From: an uncultured virus (IMG/VR IMGVR_UViG_3300012971_000927)
Taxonomy: Duplodnaviria > Heunggongvirae > Uroviricota > Caudoviricetes
Reading direction: 5' to 3' (one strand)
IMG/VR virus record: IMGVR_UViG_3300012971_000927
DNA: 64,000 nucleotides
Both the position numbers and the translations under genes were made by a program. Shown here piece after piece: positions 58,089 to 64,000 of this stretch. Within the stretch, counting starts at the first letter, position 1; each line of letters starts with the position of its first letter. The notes beneath the pieces were generated by a model, which saw only the letters and a list, made by a program, of their open reading frames with translations, was not told where the DNA came from and ran no database searches.

Positions 58089-60067
58089 GTACCCTGTACC
58101 AACAGTCCGCGCCCACGTTCGGCCACGGCGAGGCCAACTTCCCCGCCGACTACGAAGCCGTGGCCGAAATCGACTCGGACGACCCCGACGTGGTTTTTCA
58201 AATTACAAACGTCTGGCCGGACGACGAACCCCGGCTGCGTTTGTTCAAGCGCTGCCGCTCCACGTCCGTGGGCGACATCGTGCTGACGACCGACCATCAT
58301 CTGCACCTGTGCCTGCCCCTGGGCTGGAAAGACCTGGGCCAATATAATGGCCAGGCCATTCCCGTCCCCGGCAATCTCTACGAGGGCCTGTCCAATGAGT
58401 AGCAAGCGTAAACAGTGGGTGGCCAAGTTGCTCGATACCGTGATGGAACACTGGCACTGGCATGGCCACTGTCACCATCTCTGCTCCCACATCTGCAAGC
58501 CCGAAGACCCCGGCGAACCGTGGCACGTCGCCATCGCCCCCGCCCTCCAAGAAATCTCCGAACCCGGCCCCCGTGACGGCGAGTTGGTCTGGACGCCCTT
58601 TACCTTCGAGTTGGGCGACTTCATTTCCGCCAGGGGCGTCCAGCAATGCAACATGACCGGGTTCAGCCAGGGGCCGATGACCCCCACCCCCGAAATCGTC
58701 CTCGACCTGCTGTTTTATAACCGCCCTGTCATTCTCCACATCCTGCTCGAACCCCCCGAAGACGCCCAGCCGGTTGAAGTCCTCGAACCCAGGACCGGCA
58801 AGGTGCGCCACAAGTGCCCCAACCACAAGGAGGCCGACGAATAACATGGACCTTCAACGCCAGGCTCTTTTGAACCACGCCAAGGAATCGCTGAAGACCC
58901 ACCGGGGGGCGACCTTCTACTTCAAGTACACCTGCAAGCACTGCAAGCGCCGCGTCTGCTTCTCCCGGCCCAACATTCTCTACGCCCACGGCGACTGCTA
59001 CGTTTGTGGCGGGCGCACCAAGGTCGAAGGCGGCGGCTATATGCTCGTCTTCCCCACGGGCGAGCCGGACATCCCCAAGCCCAAGTCCGTCATCGAGGAC
59101 CACGCCGGTGCCGGGCCGACCTGCTTCCGCCCCACCGAGGCCGTGGACATCCTCGCCGCCATCCAGCAAGTGCTGGGGCCGATGGGCAGCAACATCACCA
59201 ACGTCGAGGAAAGTGGCAAGGAGGACCATGAAGCCAATTAACCATGAAGCCAATTAACATCGACCGACCGGAAGACATCGCCCTGTTACAAAACGCCGAG
59301 GGGCTGACCGTGGGCGGCAGGCTGACCCTCCCCTCCGGCCTCCAGGTGCCCAACCCGCCCAAGGGCCATCGCTGGGTAGTCCACACGTCGCCTCTCCTCC
59401 AGATATATTGCGAAAGGATTTCCGATGAGTTGGAGCAAGTTTGAAGACGACTGCCCCGGATGCAAGCCCGCTCTGGCCAGCGTCAAGACCGACGAGAACG
59501 GCCAGCCCATCATCAAAGGCGGGATGGCGATGGTGGGCGATCCGCTCCCCGACGACGACCCGCAAATGGTCGCCATCCTGCGTGTCTGGAACGAAACCAC
59601 CACCCGCCAGGAGCGCGAGGCATATCATGCCGTCTGCTGCCTGGGTTCCCAAAGGCCCGACCACCAACGCCTGGCCGAAGGAATCTTCAAACGGATGCAA
59701 AAGGCCCTGAAGGAAGTCAAAGATGGGTAACTGGCGTGATAAACTCCTTCTGATCGGCCTGTACTCGGCCTTCATTGTCCTGGGCTGCGCGGGCCTGGCC
59801 TGCCTCCAGGTCTTTTTTCAGTTTACGGACCCGCTCTGGGCGCGTACTATAAACGACACCGCCCACGTCCTCTGGGGCGTGCTGTTGACGTGGGCCTGGA
59901 TTTGGCTCATGCGGAGGAACATCTTCCGGGTGCGGACCCGCGAAGCGGACGCCTGCCTGCAACGCTCCGGTGAGTTGCTGGAACAGGCCCAACAAACGCT
60001 GGAGCGCATCACCGCCATTAACTCGTCGGGGGCTGTACCCAAGACCGAGATCGACATGGAGATTTGA
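58085..60067 (+). other. Run of small hypothetical ORFs (58085-58402, 58395-58844, 58846-59241, 59244-59444, 59425-59730, 59723-60067)
   Basis: Overlapping start/stop chain. Confidence 0.55.
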
Positions 60068-60068
60068 C

Positions 60069-61475
60069 ATGGACCGCCAGGACAATTTCAAATACAGCCA
60101 CGACCTGGGCAAACTGGTGGAGGATGGCTACAAGAAAGGCGAGATCAAATTCGACTGGCAGGGCCACTGCCGGGGCGGGCAGGTGCGGGCCGAAGCTATC
60201 GAGCGCGACCTGCACTTCCTGTTTCTCACCACCGAGGCGAGCAAGAAGAAGTGGCAGGAAGTCATCAAGGCCACAAAGACCAAGGAACCCCTTGCCGAAC
60301 CATTCCCGATCAGCCACGGGATGCTGTCCTGCTACGATTGTGGCGATTGGATGCGCTGGCAGTTCGACGGCGTGACCTTCCGCGCCCGCAACGAGTGCAA
60401 ATTCAAAAACGGCCTGCGGCCCACCGTCTTTGACTTGAATATTCCCTCCGGGCGGCTGATCGTCGCCAACGACCTGCGCGATCTGTTCCCCGTCGCCGGG
60501 GATTATAACATCAACACCACCCTGGGCTTGGTCCTGACGACCGAGAAATACGCCGAAGCCGGCCTGGCCCACGGTTTCGTCGGCAACACCTGCCCCCGCG
60601 TTTATAAACTCACCGGCAAGGACACGCATTTTGTCCTCGGCCCCGGCCCATACCCTGGCTGCCGCCGCGTTGCCGGCGTCTGCACCGACCTGTGGTGGTA
60701 CTCGATCTGCGACGGGGACGAACTGGATCGCCGCCTCAAGGAGCGCAAATATAAGAATCTCAAAAAGGTCTACAAGGAACACAACCTCGACGTGGTGAAG
60801 TGCAAGCCCGGCCTGTACCGCTTCTCCCAGGAGTACCATACCCTCGATGACCGCGACCGCAAGCAGGCCGTGTACGCACGCTGGGAGTGGGTCGCCGCCC
60901 CGGCACCCGTCAAGGACTATCAGGCCCACTATAAAAGCCTCAACTTCACCGCCGGCCAACTGATACGCGACAGCATGAAACGCTACCCCGGCCTCTACGG
61001 CGAAATGGATATGGCGGGCGTCCAGCGTGCCGTCGATCATATTTTCCTCACCAACGGCAACGGCCTGGAAATTCACCCCAACGGGTGGATTGGCGATGCC
61101 CCCGATCTGCAACCCGATGCCCCCGACATGGAAATCCCACTTCTTGAAGGGAAATTCCGTTGGTATCCCGGCGGCGACTGGTGCTACCTGGCCCACTGTG
61201 CCGGCTTTGCCGATCCCCTGTATGCCAGCCACAAAGAAGGCAACCCGGACCTGAATGAAAGTTTCACCGCACTGGCGTTCAACATCTGCCACAACATCAT
61301 CACCTACGGGGCTGAGGCCATCGGTAATAACAGCAACAAGAAACGGGCGCAACAGGAGGCCAACGCCCTGGACCGCCTCGCCCGCCGTGCCTTGAAAGCC
61401 TTCGCCCAACGCTACCCGTCCAGGGTGCCCGACTACTGCCGGCCCATCCTCAAGAAGATGCGAGTGAAACTATGA
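60069..61475 (+). CDS. Hypothetical phage protein
   Basis: 468-aa ORF; PSGRLIVANDLR, GFVGNTCP, VCTDLWWYS motifs. Confidence 0.75.
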   Translation: MDRQDNFKYSHDLGKLVEDGYKKGEIKFDWQGHCRGGQVRAEAIERDLHFLFLTTEASKKKWQEVIKATKTKEPLAEPFPISHGMLSCYDCGDWMRWQFDGVTFRARNECKFKNGLRPTVFDLNIPSGRLIVANDLRDLFPVAGDYNINTTLGLVLTTEKYAEAGLAHGFVGNTCPRVYKLTGKDTHFVLGPGPYPGCRRVAGVCTDLWWYSICDGDELDRRLKERKYKNLKKVYKEHNLDVVKCKPGLYRFSQEYHTLDDRDRKQAVYARWEWVAAPAPVKDYQAHYKSLNFTAGQLIRDSMKRYPGLYGEMDMAGVQRAVDHIFLTNGNGLEIHPNGWIGDAPDLQPDAPDMEIPLLEGKFRWYPGGDWCYLAHCAGFADPLYASHKEGNPDLNESFTALAFNICHNIITYGAEAIGNNSNKKRAQQEANALDRLARRALKAFAQRYPSRVPDYCRPILKKMRVKL

Positions 61476-63327
61476 CGATCTCCAACGCCCGCGCCCAACT
61501 CCTGGCCCATTACGGTTTCGCCCGTGACGTTGGGGAAGTCCTGACCGACTTTACCGACAGGGAACTCGAAAGGCTCTGCAAGGACGCCCGCCGCGACCTG
61601 GACCGCCTGCTTGCCCTGACCAACGACATCAGGCTGCTGCGCGGCAAACGGCATTTGCTCCGCGAAGTTCTGGGCAAGCTGGACCAGAAATACGACAAGT
61701 CTTATGACCTGTTCGGCCCTGACGACCTGGAGCGACTTATCCGCCGGAAGGAGGCGGAACTCGAACGGGATCGCGCCTTCAAGGCGCAACTGAAAAGCAA
61801 GGAACAGCCGACATGAACATTAACCCCGACAGCCTGGAGGCGATGGGCGAGTATTACGAAACCTGCGCTCAGGAACTCAAAAGCCGCATCTTGGCGCTCA
61901 TCCCCAAGCACCCGGAAATTCTGCGGATGACCGACCCCTTCGACCTTTTCAGGATTGCCGGCTTCAAGTGCCAAGACCTGGACCCGACTTACGCAATGGC
62001 CTGCGCCGCCCTGTCCTGCGCCAAACGGGACTACCAGCCGCGCACCATTGACAGCGAGTGGCAAAGCTGACGACAGCAGGATATATAAGGAGGCATGGAC
62101 GCACTCCTTTTACTCCTGTTCCTGGTCGCCGCCTGTGCGGTTATTATCGCTCTGGCCCTCACCGCCTGGGGTTTCTTGGTCGCCCTGATGTGGTGCCTGC
62201 GGTGGCTGTTAAACAAGGTCAACGGGAAGAACAACTATGACCCTCCACGCGAAGACGGTGACCGTGACGGGCCAGTTCACTGAACAGGACTGGCAGGATG
62301 TGGTCGAGGCCATCCGTAAGATCGAGCGCCGCCACCCGGACGTGGAATATGTGGTCCTGGTGGCCGACGCCAACTTGAACACCGACCAGGCCCTTGCTAT
62401 GATGAAACGAACGTTCCCCAGGCTCCCAGGAGATGAACCGCTTTTTGGGGTTATCAAGGATGACGCAATGCCCGGAATGCGGCCAGACGCGGATAATAAC
62501 CCACCCGCTAACCCATAAACCCGCGTTCGCCTGCGGCTACAGTCGCGGCTATACGCTCGATACACGCTGCGAACTGCACTGCGTCTGCGACCTCAAAACT
62601 GTCTTGATGGTCACGGGTTGCCAGTGCGGTGCCTTCCAGAAGGAGCGGCAAATAAAACATGCCAAGGGCCTACTTGGAACTGGCTGATCGGCTCGGTTAC
62701 AAACTCCTCAAGGACCACGGACCTCTCCACCCGGAAAGCTGGCCCGGCCTCGCCACCCGCTACGCTGAACCGTTCGTCCGCCATGCCTTTGAGAGTGGCC
62801 GGTATGACTTCATTTATCAATGCCTGGAATGTACCGGCTCGCCCGCCGGCGCAACGCTAGGCCGACACCACGACCTCACTCCCGAAAACTTCCTCCGCGT
62901 CCTCGAATGCCTCTGCCACGACGTTCTCGATGCCGCCAACTTCCACCTGCGGCTCCTCCTTGATGTCGAGGAATTCCGCCTTCTCGATCTCGACAATTCC
63001 GACTTCCATAAAGGCACCTGGACTGGCCACAGCTACCTGGGCCACGCCTGCTTCCTCAACCGCAGCGACATCGACTGCGAGTGGAACGACCACGACAACG
63101 CCTACAAGGAGGAAAGCCTTGCCTTTTATTCCGCAAGCGAGGCGTTCCTGACGGTCCACAACTACCTCGGCCCCTACCAGGCGATCAACCTGCCCCGCAA
63201 CGTTATCGTCGTCGCCACCACCAAGGACCAGGAAATCATCTATTATAACCAGGACAGTATCGAGAAATGGCTGGCCAACAAGCCCGACTGGACCTGGCAC
63301 AAACCAAAAAAAAAGGGCCAGGAATGA
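61472..63327 (+). other. Hypothetical ORFs (61472-61816, 61813-62070, 62095-62283, 62237-62518, 62659-63327)
   Basis: Coupled plus-strand ORFs. Confidence 0.55.
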
Positions 63328-63345
63328 CCTGGCCCTCACCCCCGC

Positions 63346-63981
63346 TTAGTAGCGGTAGTAGTAATAGGGGTAGCTGTACTGATACGGATAGCTGTACTGA
63401 TACGGATAGCTGTACTGATACGGATAGCTGTAGCTATATGGGTAGCTGTAGCTATATGGGTAGCTGTAGCTATATGGGTAGCCGTAGCTATATGGGTAAC
63501 TGAAGCCCCCGAAGCCCCCGAAGCTGCTGCGGAATCTAAAGGCATCACCGAAGAAACCGCGTTCAAACCGCTCGAACTCACGGAACAGGGCGGGATTGGT
63601 CTGTCGTAAGTGGGCTTCAAAACGGTCTTCAAAGCGGTCGAATCCCAAACCACGCAAGCGAAAATCACGTTCAAACCGCTCGAACTCCCGGAACAAGGCG
63701 GGATTTTGAAGTCGCAATCGGGCCTCAAAACGGTCCTCAAAGCGGAAGCTGTTAAACCGAGGGTCGAACCGGAAGCCGCCAAACCGAGGGTCGAACCTGT
63801 TAAAGCGAGGGTCGAACCCGAACCTGTTAAAGCGAGGGTCAAAACGCTGTGGCGGCACGAAACGCTGGCCTGGGAAGGGCCGCGAGAACTGTACACGACC
63901 GCGACCCGGCTGGGCCTGGACCTCCGAAGCCGGCAAAAACATCGCTACGCCGAGCAATAACGGTGCTAAAACTTTGAGCAT
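63346..63981 (-). CDS. Secreted low-complexity protein (RFDP/RFE repeats, YSYP tail)
   Basis: RBS AAGGAGG; signal peptide MLKVLAPLLLGVAMFLPASEVQA; repetitive Arg/Phe then Tyr/Ser/Pro. Confidence 0.75.
   Translation of the reverse strand: MLKVLAPLLLGVAMFLPASEVQAQPGRGRVQFSRPFPGQRFVPPQRFDPRFNRFGFDPRFNRFDPRFGGFRFDPRFNSFRFEDRFEARLRLQNPALFREFERFERDFRLRGLGFDRFEDRFEAHLRQTNPALFREFERFERGFFGDAFRFRSSFGGFGGFSYPYSYGYPYSYSYPYSYSYPYSYSYPYQYSYPYQYSYPYQYSYPYYYYRY
63371..63496. repeat. 7 x 18-bp tandem repeat (coding)
   Basis: TAGCTGTACTGATACGGA x3 then TAGC(T/C)GTAGCTATATGGG x4. Confidence 0.9.
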
Positions 63982-64000
63982 GGGAACCTCCTTGTAAAGA

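Noticed and set aside
63371..63496. Second CRISPR-like array
   Set aside because: Contiguous 18-bp tandem units with no spacers, in frame within a coding gene
1..64000. Genome-wide TAG reassignment (alternative genetic code)
   Set aside because: Code-11 ORFs tile the window densely and many genes end at TAG at natural C-termini (e.g. 3299, 13848, 33739, 42106, 57105); only the pth-like gene is clearly interrupted

Overview
A 64-kb, GC-rich, densely coding segment that reads as part of a large (jumbo-type) bacteriophage genome. Several genes look Planctomycetota-derived (a TIGR03000-like domain, an RsbW-type kinase), which suggests that host group; this is inference. No capsid, terminase or cas genes are visible. 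Contents: (i) a promoter-driven CRISPR-like array of 7 repeats with no cas genes, running directly into an amber-suppressor tRNA (anticodon CUA), plus a single structurally covarying copy of the repeat 45 kb away; (ii) a Pth2-like peptidyl-tRNA hydrolase gene whose frame starts ATG-CAC-TAG, so the full protein needs UAG readthrough, followed at once by a tRNA-like RNA with a ~100-nt insertion in the anticodon arm; (iii) ArgRS- and TyrRS-like synthetases; (iv) a putative diGly-modifier/E2-like module; (v) an ~11-kb otsA, glycosyl-, methyl- and sulfotransferase island; (vi) a long plus-strand accessory region with sigma-70-like, ParB-like, RuvB-like, ArdC, macrodomain, HNH and SNF2 genes and many small hypotheticals; (vii) two recurrent promoter classes and a ~335-nt structured intergenic RNA candidate. 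Product calls rest on motif recognition by eye; no database searches were run.
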